Positions 40,597-57,017 of a stretch of DNA of 64,000 nucleotides are shown here, one piece after another (position 1 is the first letter of the stretch; the number at the start of each line of letters is the position of its first letter). Where the stretch lies: contig OX597822.1 in assembly GCA_951406725.2 (NCBI GenBank), positions 40,858,001-40,922,000 of the forward strand, written 5' to 3'. The notes under the pieces were generated by a model, which had not been told where the DNA came from, searched no databases, and saw only the letters and a list, made by a program, of their open reading frames with translations. The translations under genes were made by a program, and so were the position numbers. The DNA comes from Octopus vulgaris. Lineage: Eukaryota.

Positions 40597-41155
40597 CGTT
40601 GCTCACACGTGTCCATCGTCCATCTTTCCTTTCTTCACGTGATCATCTTTCTTTTCCTTCAGTCTGTTGTGTAGTCCAGACGTATTCCTATCTGTCTTCT
40701 CTCCTATCTTTTCTCTTATCAAAGAGTCTTCTTCCGGCGTTTGCTACCTTACCTCGTCAGAACCTAGCGGACCTCCTTGTTTGCATTTGTTTCGTTTGCT
40801 TTGTTGTAAATCTTGTTTTTGTTACCATGTTTGACCCTCTGCAAATCCCAAATTTTATTTGGGTTCACGGGAGCAACTGTCTTCAAAGTCTTGTCGTTCA
40901 TTGCTCGAAATAAGGAGCAGAAGGACAGCTGACAACTGATGAAGACTCGTTTTATATGTTACATGTCTTCTTATCCATTTGTCTTTCTCGTTCTTTGCAT
41001 ACCCAACGTTATTTTCGTATTTCATGTTGTTTACGTTTGGTAACGTCCTGTACTCATTTATACATATGTATGTATGTATGTATATACGTATATACATATG
41101 AGTGTATATATGTATGTATACATATATCTATGTAGGTACAAATATACATACACAC

Positions 41156-41207
<52 letters not shown>

Positions 41208-41349
41208 ACATATATATATATATATATATATAACAGAGATATACTTGCATAGCAAGTGACCTGATCTGAGATCGTGTACTGAAGCGAAAATAATTGCAGC
41301 GTGGAAGGTGTTTATAAGCTATTTAAAAACACTTTACACGCTGCAATTG

Positions 41350-41398
<49 letters not shown>

Positions 41399-41762
41399 GA
41401 TAGATAGATATACATGCATACTCAATATGCATTTATATTCATGTTTCTTAGTATATGCATGTACGTAGATATCAATGCATATATGCGTGAGTATGTATGC
41501 GTAGATGTATATGTACCGCTGAATGTACCATTCAAAATACAACCTAGACCTCTATCGCTATTTGACAGTTTAACACCAGATATCGAATTGTCATATACTC
41601 AGGTTACATTGTTTTACACACTCACGTACACACATACACACACACACACACACACACATACTTTTCTGGTTGTTAGCCAAGGCCCTACGGAACGCTCGTT
41701 CCGTTGCAGCGGATCCAACGGATCCACTCTGGAACCGGTGAAAGAGAAAGAGCAGAATATTT

Positions 41763-41838
<76 letters not shown>

Positions 41839-41839
41839 G

Positions 41840-42327
41840 AAATATTAAAATTACTAAGTCTCTCTAAAAGAAAATACGGCAGCGTTCCTGGAAATTAATA
41901 GTTATCGCCATACTAATATGGCATTCTTATAAAAATAAGAATAAAGCTGTCCGCTTATTAGCTCCATGAGGCCATCGCCTTAAGTTAGCTATTTGATACA
42001 CAAACTGTATCCATATAACCTTCGAACAAGGGAGGTCAGTTGCTCCACACTACTTGACCGACAGCTACAGACGCGTTTCGGGGTATTGCCCCTTGTCAAT
42101 GTAGCGTCGTCAGACCAGTAGGTGTCGCTTCCGACTATCTCTGTTCGAAGGTTTTATTTACCTAGTTTCGGTGGAATACATCCACTTGTTTTCAATAATA
42201 CAAATATTAAAATTACTAAGTCTCTCTAAAAGAGAATACGGCAGCTTTATTCTTATTTTTATAAGAATGCCATATTAGTATGGCGATAACTATTAATTTC
42301 CAGGAACGCTGCCGTATTCTCTTTTAG
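41840..42327 (-). mobile_element. HHR-bearing partial-tandem element with terminal inversion (~362-nt period)
   Basis: 41840-41883 repeated at 42202-42244; ~42242-42327 is an inverse of ~41865-41949; starts at (TA)n. Confidence 0.7.
42064..42105 (-). ncRNA. Type I hammerhead, U3-A8 variant
   Basis: gctaca-TTGACAA-gggg caata cccc-GAAAC-GC-GTC-tgtagc; 6-bp stem I. Confidence 0.75.
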
Positions 42328-42842
42328 GTCGACTTTGCCTTTCATCCTTTCGGGGTCGATTAAATAAGTACCAGTTACGCACTGAGATCGATGTAATCGA
42401 CTTAATCCGTTTGTCAGTCCTTGTTTGTCGCCTCAGTGTGTAGCCCCTTATGGGCAGTAAAGAAATAAGAAACGCTAGCACGCCGGGTGAAATGCTTAGA
42501 GGTATTTCGTCTGTCTTTATGTTCTGAGTTCAAATTCTGTCGAGGTCGACTTTGCTTTTCATTCTTTCGGGGTCGATTAAATAAGTACACACTGGGATCG
42601 ATATAATCGACTTAATCTGTGTGTCTGTCCTTGTCCCCACTGTGTTAGGCCCCTTGTGGGTAGTAAAGAAATAGGTATATCATTCATCATTATGTTCTGA
42701 GTTCAAATTCTGTCGAGATCGACTTTGCCTTTCATCTCTTCGAGGTCGATGAATTAATTACTAGTTGATTTCTGGGGTCGATCTAATCGACTTACCCACT
42801 ACTCTGAAATTGCTGGCGTTGTGCCAAAATTTGAAATCAATA
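42326..42842 (+). mobile_element. Tandem SINE family B array (~3 units)
   Basis: Repeated gtcgactttgcctttcatcctttcggggtcgat core. Confidence 0.8.
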
Positions 42843-43135
42843 TTTCTTCTGAATGTTTAGGTACTGTGTTCAAATCCCGCTCCGGTTACGTTTCCCTTTC
42901 ATCTTTTTAGGCTAAACGATCCTCCCAATTTCCTAGTTTTGTTTCTACGTTAGAAATAATTACTAAGACAGCGAATTAAGGAGAATTATCAGATATTAGT
43001 GCTCAGTCTGCAAATTACCAGAGAGGTGATTCGAAATCGTTCGACAGAATAAAAATCAACAACATTATGACAAATAAGTAATCAAAATTACAACATAAAA
43101 AAAATTAGAACGTTATGACTGTATTTTACTACAGT

Positions 43136-43457
43136 GGAGGCGCAATGGCCCAGTAGTTAGAGCAGCTGACTCGCGGTCGTAGGATCGCGGTTTCGAATCC
43201 ACATCCCAGACGTTGTGAGTGGTTATTGAGCGAAAACACCTAAAGCTCCACCCTTTCACCTCAACTTTCTCTCACCCTTTTTTCCTGTTTCTGTTGTACC
43301 TGTATTTCGAAGGGCCAGCCCTGTCACACTCTGTGTCACGCTGAATCTCCCCGAGAACTACGTTAAGTGTGCACGTATCTGTGGAGTACTCAACCACTTG
43401 CGCTTTAATTTCACGAGCAGGCTGTTCCGTTGATCGGATCAACTGGAACCCTCGTCT
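43136..43457 (+). mobile_element. tRNA-derived SINE (family D)
   Basis: ggaggcgcaatggcccagtagttagagc..ggtttcgaatcc; same head on minus at ~63690-63802. Confidence 0.7.
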
Positions 43458-43702
43458 GCCACAATTTTACTACACTTTTCCCATAATTGTCATAAGATAC
43501 AAGTTTTGTAAAAAAAAAAAAAAAAAAATCCTTCAGTGGATGAACGTTTACCGCAAGATAATTGTGCTCCTACTGGAATATTTCGGAATCCACAATTTCC
43601 GGTCTGATACCCAAAAACTTCAAAGAAATGGGGTGCGAAAGACAAAGGATATTCTGTTGTGAAGTAATAGAAATCTTACTTCAATTCATAAAATAATACT
43701 TC

Positions 43703-43761
<59 letters not shown>

Positions 43762-43862
43762 TATATATATATATGTATGTATTTATATATATGTATTTAT
43801 ATATATATATGTATATATATACATATATATGTATATATATATGTATGTATATATATGTATGC

Positions 43863-43893
<31 letters not shown>

Positions 43894-43899
43894 CATATA

Positions 43900-43969
<70 letters not shown>

Positions 43970-44317
43970 TATATACACACACACGTGCACACATATATAA
44001 TATGCGTATATCTATCATATATATTATACGTTATATATATGCAAGTGTTTGTATCGTTGTGCTTGAAAACGGTGGTGGTTTGTTTAAGACCCCGTAATTA
44101 TGTGGTTCGGTAAAACGGGGTCTACAAAATAAGTACCAGACTTAAGAAAATAAGTACTGAGACCAGTGTCTTCGAGGAGGTGCTCCAGCATGGCCGCAGT
44201 CAATAACAAGCAAATAAAAACTATATATATATACGCACACGCACACGGACATATATGTATATATGTGTGTTTGTGTGTGCGTGTGGGTTTGAGCGCGTAG
44301 GTGTACATTTGTAAATA

Positions 44318-44379
<62 letters not shown>

Positions 44380-45041
44380 CGCGCGCACACACGTCATTCT
44401 ACACATTACGACATATAACACCAATGCAAGTATATATAGTCTAAGAAGCATAACTGAATGAGTGTAAAAAAAGTTCTCTTTGTCACCTCCATCTGCGGAT
44501 GTCATTAATGAGAAGATTTGAGCCTAAAACCTGTACATTAGTACTCCACACTTCCATGTCAACAGATCTCGTTTCTGTGACCTTTGACATGATTTCGGGG
44601 GTGCAGCATACTAGTTATTTGAAACTACAACATATCGCGTAGGTTTCTCGTTGAATCATTTTTTAAAACTTTTCATTTTTATAAATTTCATTACACACAC
44701 ACACACATACACGAGTACATATATATGTATGTATGTGTGTGTGTATATATATATATACGTATATATGTATATATATTTATGTGTGTGTGTGTGTGTGTGT
44801 GTATGTGTGTGTATGTGTGTGTGTGTGTGTGTGTAAAGTATCATGGCAGCAATGTTAGGATATCTGATCGGTTATGCAGACTTTTTTCCTCGTTCCTATT
44901 AGTTCTACTCTATGTGCCATAATTCCTTACCACACGTTTTTTTTTTTGTTTTTTTTTATAATTCTGGTTTGGTTTCCACGCTTAAGGATTTGTTTTCTTC
45001 CAGTTATTATTATTATCATTAACATTATCATTATCATTATC

Positions 45042-45073
<32 letters not shown>

Positions 45074-45636
45074 AAACTTTCATCTTTTGTGTCGTATTTG
45101 ACCGAGAACAGAGGGGATGAACCTTTCCTCGTTACAGCTTCTATAAAGAGGGTCAAATTCTTTAAAAAAATAATAATTTTTGATAAGAAACTATTTAATA
45201 TCAATCATGGTGGCAGGCGAAGACAAACAACGACCGACCGGGAAAAAAAGCAGAGGAGGAGGAGGAGGGGTAGTGGCAAATAACTTCTTCCTTTACGTAT
45301 GGAACCGGGAATCACAGACCTTTCATCGTTCGTTAAAAATTCCTCCTGCAGTAGGCACAAATCCTGAAATTTTGTGGAAGGGAACTTGTCGACGTCGATT
45401 GTCTCGAGCCCCCAGTGCACAACTGGTACATATTTTGTCGCCCCCGGAAGAGGTCGAAAGACAAAGTCAGCCTCCATGAAATTTGAACTCAGAACTTAAA
45501 GTCAAAAGCGTTTTGTCCGGCGTGCTGACAAATCTACCAATTCACCGTCTTTAATCCTTTTTAATATAGACAAAAGTCCTGAAATTTTGTCGGGTGGGGG
45601 CAAGTCGATTACATCAACCCGGAACTAGACTGGTTC

Positions 45637-45990
45637 TTATTCGTTCCAGTTAATACGATTTTTTGTACTTCCTGTAGAGATAGTAAGCCCGGTATCATTT
45701 TCAAATAGGTTTCAGTACCTTTTTTTTTTATCATTCCTTGAGATCCTACAATCACTGGTACTGTAGTTGTCTTGAGATGCCACATTTTTTTCAATTTCTA
45801 TTAGTAAGTCTTTATATTTACTGATCTTGTCAAATTCTTTCGCCACTATATTGTGATTGCAAGGAATACTCATGTCAATTAATAAACACACCTTTATTGT
45901 CTGATCTTATATAATAATATCCGGTTTATTAGCTTTTATAGTTTTGTCGGTATGTACGGGAAAGTCCCAGAGAATCGACACATTTTCTCC
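45637..45990 (-). pseudogene. R4/Dong-like RLE LINE 3' fragment (older copy)
   Basis: NKPDII..LLIDMSIP..KYKDL..TVPVIVG..EVQKIVLTGT. Confidence 0.75.
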
Positions 45991-45991
45991 G

Positions 45992-47140
<1,149 letters not shown>

Positions 47141-47156
47141 ATCATTATTATTATTA

Positions 47157-47733
<577 letters not shown>

Positions 47734-47789
47734 TATCATCTTCATCATCAGCTAGCAGAATCGTTAGCACACTGGACGAAATTCTTAGC

Positions 47790-47966
47790 GGCATTTCGTC
47801 TGCCTTTAGTCGAGCAAATCGACCCTAGGACTTATTCTTTGTGAGCCTAGTACTTATTCTGTCGGTCTCCTTTTCCCGAACCGCTAGCTTACGGGGACGT
47901 AAACACACCAGCATCGCTTGTCAAGCGATATTGGGGGGACAAACACAGACACACAAACATATAACC

Positions 47967-48005
<39 letters not shown>

Positions 48006-48335
48006 CGACGGGCTTCTTTCAGTTTCCGTCTACCTAATCTACTCACAAGGCTATGGTCGGCCCGGGACTGAACACGGAACTATGTGGTTGGTAAACAAGC
48101 TACTTACCACACAGCCGCAATCCTTTTTACTCTAGGTACAAGACCCGAAATTTGGAGGGTGGGGGCAAGTCGATTACATCGACTCCAGAACGCAACTGGC
48201 ACTTAATTTATCGATTCCGAAAGGATGAAAAGCAAAGTCGACCTGGGCGAAACTTCAACTCAGAACTTAAAAACAGACGACATACCGCTAAGCATTTTGA
48301 TCGGCGAGCTAACGTTTCTGCCAGAACACCGCCTT
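47790..48335 (-). mobile_element. Adjacent SINE family A (47790-48117) and family B (48125-48335)
   Basis: Family consensus blocks. Confidence 0.75.
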
Positions 48336-48480
48336 AATAATATTTAATAATCAGAACACTTTACTAATTCTTCTCAAAACATAAACAGAGGACAGTAATA
48401 TCTGCATACACACATACATACATACATACATACATACATACATACATACATACATACATACATACATACATACATACCAT

Positions 48481-48553
<73 letters not shown>

Positions 48554-48577
48554 TATATACATATATATATACATATA

Positions 48578-48615
<38 letters not shown>

Positions 48616-48647
48616 TATATGTATATATATATATGTATATATACATG

Positions 48648-48680
<33 letters not shown>

Positions 48681-48911
48681 ATATATATATGCATATATAT
48701 ATGTGTATATATATGTATATATATATATGTATATATATACATATATATATATACATATATGTATATATATACATATATATATACATATATATATACATAC
48801 ATATATATATACATATATACATATATATATATATACATATATATATACATATATATATATACATATATGTATATACATATATATATATATACATATATAT
48901 ATATACATATA

Positions 48912-49693
48912 TTTTTTATTTGCCCAGTTCGTGTGAGCTAACAATCGTACTGACTTTCATGGGAAACATGTATTTTTGTGGTTGAAACCTTTTGGATTTA
49001 CTAGTGCTAGAGTGAGCCATATAGTGACCACTCTCTTATATTTATTTTTGTATAAAATATTATAATATATTATAAAATATTATAATAATCCAGGTTTCTC
49101 GGGGTACTGGGCCACTTGGTGTTGAATAGATATACTATTAAATTAGTATCTAATTCTCTCACCCTTATTAATTAATTATAATTATGCTACATTTATTTCT
49201 AAATGTAGTATTTGTTTCCGTGAAAGTTTGGCGCGCTGTTGGTAGGGGCATTTGAATTATAACGTCGGATGTAATCAATTGAACCACACGTGTATTTATC
49301 GTTATGGTAAAATCTGGCGTGTGATTGAGTGGATTTCATCCAGATGGTTTGGGCTGAGGAGCTACAAGTGGATTTTTTGTGAGTAAAATTACATTTAATT
49401 CATTAATAGCGAAACAATTGTCCCAAAATAATCTGTATTTTTGTTTTTTTTATTTGCCCTGTTCGTGTGAGCTAACAATCGTACTGACTTTCATGGGAAA
49501 CATGTAATTTTGTGGTTGAAACCTTTTGGATTTACTAGTGCTAGAGTGAGCCATATAGTGACCACTCTCTTATATTTATTTTTGTATAAAATATTATAAT
49601 AATCCAGGTTTCTCGGGGCACTGGGCCACTTGGTGTTGAATAGATATACTATTAAATTAGTATCTAATTCTCTCACCCTTATTAATTAATTAT
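48912..49693 (+). mobile_element. HHR-bearing partial-tandem non-coding element, ~534-nt period, in (TA)n
   Basis: 48912-~49180 repeated at 49446-49693; HHR lies between the copies. Confidence 0.8.
49348..49427 (+). ncRNA. Canonical type I hammerhead
   Basis: tttggg-CTGAGGA-gcta...tagc-GAAAC-AATT-GTC-ccaaa. Confidence 0.82.
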
Positions 49694-49882
49694 ACATACA
49701 TATATATATTTAAGATTCAGTTGAATTAGGTACTTAAACTGAGGCACCAAGCCAGTTTTGTATAGTCCACACAACTTCACGGTAGGTCAACAAAATGTCA
49801 ATAATTAACAACGATGTCCAGGACAATTAAATACATTACGGCTGTAATGTATTGATACCTGGATATCCTTGTTACTTATTTA

Positions 49883-49970
<88 letters not shown>

Positions 49971-50198
49971 TTATGTATGTATGTATGTATGTATGTATGT
50001 ATGTATGTATGTATGTATGTATGTATTTCTTCATGTTAAACCGTTAAACCGTTAATCTCTCTCTCTCTCTCTCACTCCATTTTTCTTTTCCTTCTCAGTT
50101 GAAGAGCGTAGGTTCAAAACATCAAAGACTTTTCCATTTTTCCCTGCTTGTTGGTCCCAAGCCTGTGCTTGTCTTTTTTTGTCGCTACATTTGAACCA

Positions 50199-50255
<57 letters not shown>

Positions 50256-50549
50256 GAACAAACACAAGAAAAAAACATCACCGCGAGGACAGGGTACATG
50301 CAAAGTATTAGCAGACGCCAACATATATATGTCTGTGCGTGTGTATGTGTGTGTGTGTGTAGAAGATAGAAAAGTTACACACGAGATGTTAAGTATATGG
50401 AAAAGAAGACATGGTAGATTATACTAAAATAATTTTATCATGAAGTACATTTTAGCACCGATTAACCGTCTTTTAGACTTTTTCAATTAAGACTAAAATA
50501 AGAAAAACAATTGGCAAATATTTTGTAAATATTTCCATAGTCTTCAAAT

Positions 50550-50632
<83 letters not shown>

Positions 50633-50787
50633 GTGCCACACAGAGGGACTGAACCCGGAACCATGTTGTTGGTAAGCAAGCTACTTACTACATAGCCACT
50701 CCTACGCCTAGAGAGAGAGAGTGGAAGAGAGAAAGTGAGAGTGGGAAAGAGACAGAGAGAAAGAGACAGAGAGCGAGAGAGAGAGAA

Positions 50788-50824
<37 letters not shown>

Positions 50825-50837
50825 CATACATACAAAC

Positions 50838-50885
<48 letters not shown>

Positions 50886-51340
50886 GTTTCTGAAAACGTT
50901 AGACTTTGACAGAATTATTGGATCATCACACAAACCGGATTTAAGCATCAACAGCTCACAATAGATTTGAGATCCTAATGCAATAATTTTTGAGACAATT
51001 AACCTCATGTTAATTCAATTTCCTCTCCAAGGAAATTAAAGACGCTACGAAGAGCTAAAGCCGAGTTGAAAGGAATTTCGAAATGAGAAACTTCGAATGT
51101 GAAAAGAAGAAATCACCCGACATATCATAAAGAGACAGAGTTAATTAATTGATTGTTAGTATTGGAGTTGGTATGCTAAGGCAATATTTAAAATAAGCGC
51201 AGAAGTGGTTGTGTGGTAAGAAGCTTGCTTCCCAACCACATGGTTCTGGGTTCAGTCCCGCTAGGCAAGTGTCTTCCACTATAGCTTCGGGCCGAATAAA
51301 GCCTTGTGAGTGGATTTAGTAGACGGAAACTGAAAGAAGC

Positions 51341-51406
<66 letters not shown>

Positions 51407-51587
51407 AAAGGGCTTAGTAAAATAAATTACTTTGCCGCATACTGAACTCATTAGAAATAGCAGCTAAAAAACTTTTTTAAAGCTATTTCTAATACCTAAA
51501 GAAAATCTCTCTCATATAGTGTTTGCTTAATTCAACTCACAAAAGTTTGGGGGTAAGGACATCAAAAAATCAAATGCAAAGGTTATT

Positions 51588-51639
51588 TGAGAACGTACGT
51601 TTCAAGATTAGTCAAAACGACACTTCTATCATCAGCTCA
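51588..51639 (-). ncRNA. Type I hammerhead
   Basis: tgag-CTGATGA-taga...tctt-GAAAC-GTAC-GTT-ctca. Confidence 0.72.
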
Positions 51640-52146
51640 GAAACTCCTTGGTTTGGATTTGGAAACACTGAAAGTAAGAACATACCCTTTCGGCTTCTCA
51701 TCGCTTTCGAAGATCTGCTCGTAACTAACAGTGCCAACAAACTCAAATAAGCAAGCGAAGAATTTCTGTTCTCCCCTTTCCACCAGCGTGGGTTAAAATC
51801 ATCAAACACTATGCTTATTTCGGTAAAATCCGAAGCATTAATTAGAGGGAGATTAATTATAATTTCAACAATTGAGGGTAAAATTAATTAATTATTAATC
51901 AATTTCACCAAGTGTTCAGTATGCAAAGGGACCATTTAAGGCGAATTCAAATTATTACATTATATAAAAGGGCTTAGTAAAATAAATTACTTTGCCGCAT
52001 ACTGAACTCATTAGAAATAGCAGCTAAAAAACTTTTTTAAAGCTATTTCTAATACTTAAAGAAAATCTCTCTCATATAGTGTTTGCTTAATTCAACTCAC
52101 AAAAGTTTGGGGTAAGGACATCAAAAAATCAAATGCAAAGGTTATT

Positions 52147-52198
52147 TGAGAACGTACGTTTCAAGATTAGTCAAAACGACACTTCTATCATCAGCTCA
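52147..52198 (-). ncRNA. Type I hammerhead, second copy
   Basis: Identical to 51588-51639. Confidence 0.72.
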
Positions 52199-52287
52199 GA
52201 AACTCCTTGGTTTGGATTTGGTCCCTTTGCATACTGAACACTTGGTGAAATTGATTAATAATTAATTAATTTTACCCTCAATTGTTG

Positions 52288-52356
<69 letters not shown>

Positions 52357-52373
52357 GATGGGCTTCTTTCAGG

Positions 52374-52409
<36 letters not shown>

Positions 52410-53444
52410 TATATGTCTGTGTTTGTCCCCCACCCAACATCGCTTGACAACCGATGTTGGTGGGTATGTTTATGTCCCCGTAACTTAGCGGTTCGGCAAA
52501 AGACACCAATAGAATGACTACTAGGCTTACAATGAATAAGTCCTGGGGTCGATTTGTTCGACTAAAAGCGGCGCTCCAGCATGGCCGCAGTCAAATGACT
52601 AAAACAAGTAAAAGAATAAAAGAATAATGATAAGAAAAGGGGTACAGTCAGTAATTCTTGTCATGGGAGCTTAAAAACATTTTCTACATATGTACGTAGT
52701 GACTTATCCAAACTATATATTTACTTAAGTGTTCATCATCCTCTCCCCCACCCCACTCTCTCTCCCTCTCTATAATTCATACATATAAATAAATATGTAT
52801 GCGTGCGCGCGTGTGTTTGTGTGTGTGCATAGTAATAGCTAAGAAAAGTTACATGGTATTTTATGCTATATAAACATACACGCGTTTCGCCAAATTACTG
52901 CCAAGATTACATAATTGCTTGTTAAATCATTGCTTTGGTGTTCAGCAAAAATATATGTAAGTATGTATGTGGGGGGTGTATAACGTTGTGGTTTGAGTGT
53001 TGCACTCACTATAGCGAGATCGTGGTTTCAATTCCTAGGCCGAGTGGTGCATTATGTTCTTGATAGCAAAACAACTAATCTCACGTTCCTCTGCAATCAC
53101 TTTCACACTTGACGTGTGGTACATTATACACCTGTTCAGATAATGTCGACTTAATAGAGGGAATGATTTAATGTACATCACATAGATCTGATTACTATAA
53201 ACAAATCATCATTGCGGGTCGTTCAGCAACAAAGCGTAGAACTGTGTCTCTCGCACTGCAGGAAACTACCACCGTGTATATATTCAAATATAATATGTGC
53301 GTAGATGAAATAAGGTGACTCTGAATGCTGTGCTTTTCTGTATCACAAAACGCCTACAAGTATAAAGACAGAAAACCGCAGCTCCTGACTTTTCAACGAC
53401 ACATATACGTTATGCGTGTTACATTGATAACGATTTTATTTTTC

Positions 53445-53486
<42 letters not shown>

Positions 53487-53643
53487 GTGTATTGAAGCAA
53501 TCTCGAGTATAACCAGCCGAAATTGCAAAGATAATCTGGAACTCGACAGAGGAAAGAAAACTCCGAATGTCCCGTCCTTGTTTTTTCTTGTCCCTTTTTT
53601 GTATCATCTGTCTGGATATCTTGTCCCTTTTTTGTATCCCTTT

Positions 53644-53718
<75 letters not shown>

Positions 53719-55498
53719 ACACACTTACACGCACAGAGAGTTTACATACACGCATGCAGTTTGCTGTAGATAATAAAAATTCTCGCTTATAGTAAAAGGT
53801 ATAAAAACACCATTATCAACTCAGTGGCGCCCTCTCTGGACCTCTAAATGTATTGTGCCATACTGAGTATTTGTTAAAATTGGGCGGCCTGCGAGCGCAA
53901 ATCAGTCACTAGTATTGACTTATTTTGTTAAAAAGCTACAGCTTTCTTGAGCCCCGGTACTATGGATATATGATTAAGATGTCGCAGTCTTTTTTTTTCA
54001 AGCTGTACCAACTCGCAGGAGACTTAAAAATAGACCAAGAACGAAATGGTTGAAGAATATTTATTCATAGTTTCAGTTGATCATGCTTTTGAGTCCAACC
54101 AGAAGAAGTCTAATTACGGTTGCTTTTGACAGGACCCTATCGAGGAGGTGACTAAGGACAGTACTCCCACGACCCTTGCAAGAATAGGGGGCGGGAAAGT
54201 GGACGGATAGATGGAGCGTATTTCTGGAAATTAATTAATGGTTTGAAAACGTTATAGAACTTGTTCTTAAATCGCAGAACAACTCTAAATGGTTAATTCC
54301 ATTCCAGTTGTAGCCATCATATCTTATTTCTGAAGAGCAACTTTATCCACTGCTGCCTTCCGATTTTAGATGGTGGTGTGATGTGACTGCTATTTCTGAG
54401 AAATCTAGTGTTCTCGTAGACTAATTATGGCCAAGTTGCAGCCCGCGCGACTTTCTAAATACAGAACCTAGCGAAAAATTACCTTAAACGTTTTGGTAGT
54501 GCAGCCTGTCTGGTGACGAGCCATGTCTTGTGCGGCTCGCTTCTTCTAGAATTTTCTCCATGCCTGACGTAGACATATCCTTTCTTCTTTGCTTGCCATC
54601 TAATAACATTTTTATCGGGCAGCTCCGGAATTTCTTTCTGAGAGTGTCTTCCTATTTCTTATTTATTTATTTATTCATTGATTTATTTATTATTTTGAAA
54701 TTAAACCATGAAAGGTTACAAGGTCAAAATGTTGAGTCCAATTAGGGCGAGAATTTATGTCAGAGATAAGAGTTGTCACTACAACAATTTAAACGGGTAG
54801 AAACATACATGTCACTCTAAGACTATGTTGAGTGTATATATATACACATATGTGAATGCGTGTGTATGTGTGTGTGGCGTGTACATATATATATACGTAT
54901 ACACACAAACACATATACACATAAACATACTATGATTGCACTTAACCATAGCGGTACCAATAACGAGTTGTTATATGTATGTATAGTTATGCGTATGCCT
55001 GTGTATATGTTTACATGCACGTATGTGTGTATGCATAAGTGTGTGTGTCTGTGTCTGTGTGTTTTGGGATGGATCGGTGTATGTATGTGTGTATATATGT
55101 GATTATTTATCTATATGTGTCTATATGATTTTTTTTTCATTTTTAGATGTATACGCATATATACGTATGTGTGTAAGCATGCGTGTATGTGTGTGTATAT
55201 ATGTATATGCGCTCTTGATAAATCTATCCTCATATTCAAGTATATTATAAGTGAGTCTAAAACACCTTAGTTATATATTTAAATACTTCCCACAATAGAA
55301 TCTTCATCCAAATGGCTCTGAGAAAGAAATAAGATGTCAAACTTTCACTTGGTGAAATTGTTGGTGTACAATTCTTTGCAGCAGAAACAGCGGTAAGCTA
55401 ATGAAAGTGACATATAATTCCTGTTGCTTTGTCAGTAATAAATTGTCTAGCCGTCTACACATGTATGTATTTTATATATATATATAAATATATAAAAG

Positions 55499-55557
<59 letters not shown>

Positions 55558-55644
55558 AGAGTTTACGAAAAAAACAAAAGGCGAAGACAGGTAGTGTACA
55601 AAACAAACAGATGTATTAGTACAACGCTCAGGAATAGAAAAAGT

Positions 55645-55680
55645 CTTTTACGTTTCGAGCCTACGCTCTTCTACAGAAAG
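55645..55680 (-). ncRNA. Hammerhead-like motif, variant core
   Basis: cttt-CTGTAGA-agagc gtag gctc-GAAAC-GTA-aaag; decayed relative at ~50095-50130. Confidence 0.45.
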
Positions 55681-55758
55681 GGACACAGAAAAAACAAGGA
55701 GAGAAAAAAATGTGTGTAGTGGCTAACGATCTATCATGGCGACTAGTGCCGGACAGGC

Positions 55759-55834
<76 letters not shown>

Positions 55835-55845
<11 letters not shown>

Positions 55846-56273
55846 TATGCAGTAATATATATCTGGAAAATCCTGGAGGGCCTTGTCCCAAATTTTGGCA
55901 GTGAAAGTTACCCTAACAGCAGAACCTCTTCATGGTGCCAAAGATCCCCAATCACCATCAAAATACAGTACCAGATACTGCAACAGCTTGGGTTTCAGGG
56001 GACCACGGCTCTTCAATATCCATCCTAAATGCCTGAGAAACCTGTATGGTGTGGATGTTGGTTTCTTTAAAACTAAACTTGATCTCTTCTTGTCAGAGGT
56101 TCCAGATGAACCTACCTCTCGGCAGGAAACACAGATGCGGGCAGCGGCGTCGAACTCTCTTGTTGACCAAGTGCCATATATCAGAGGTGGTTTCACATAC
56201 TAGTGTAGCACAGTCAACGTTGGTGCCCCAACATGGCCGCAGCTTTCGGACTGAAACATTTTTAAGGATTTAA

Positions 56274-56275
<2 letters not shown>
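55835..56275 (+). pseudogene. CR1-like LINE 3' fragment related to 37706-39245
   Basis: [50 protein letters not shown]; same 3' tail. Confidence 0.88.
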
Positions 56276-56314
<39 letters not shown>

Positions 56315-56462
56315 TATGAGAGGTAATGGTGTCATAAACACCCAAAGGTGTCAGGTAATGCTGAGTAAGTGCTATGGATAGACTATAGTTAAGCTCCAGG
56401 TTCGTTGATTATGCGAATGAGGAGTCCAACGTAGGTCATATGTCAGCATGCGTATATATAAA

Positions 56463-57017
56463 AAATTAACAGAATGAGATAAAAATCCAAGGCTGTGAAC
56501 AATTTCAGAACATTTATAAATAGAAGGTCTTACAGCTGTTTCCGGGATATTTTATATATCCCTTCATCGCTGACTGTATGAGAAAATGGTCGAGCAATAG
56601 TTATTCTAGAGAATATATGAAATAGAGAGTGAAGTGGAGGAATTTAAAATTTGTCATTCCAACTATAGAGTTTGTAAACGGTGTTATTAAATCGAGGGTT
56701 TCAATAATACCGTTTACAAACCCTATGCTTGGAACGACAAATTTGAAATACTATTGGAACTAATACACAACGTACAGGAAACTTACTTGTATACCATTCT
56801 GCCTAATTAATGGATCTGCAGATATAATATAACTGCATATCTCACGTCTATTTTCATTCCTCTACTTCATATCTTCTCTAGAATAACTATTGTTTGACCA
56901 TCTTCTCACACTGTCTCCGATGAAGGAATATATAAAATATCCCGGAAACAGCTGTAAGAACTTCTCTTTATAAATGTTTTGAAATCATTCACAGTATTGG
57001 ATTTTTATCTCATTTTG

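Larger units (their letters stand above)
51401..52294 (-). mobile_element. HHR-bearing partial-tandem element with terminal inversion, 560-nt period
   Basis: 51401-51662 repeated at 51961-52221; 52219-52294 is an inverse of 51858-51934; (TA)n on both sides. Confidence 0.82.
51197..52625 (+). mobile_element. SINE family A split by an HHR element inserted in its internal (TA)n
   Basis: Head at 51197-51343, tail at ~52410-52625. Confidence 0.7.
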
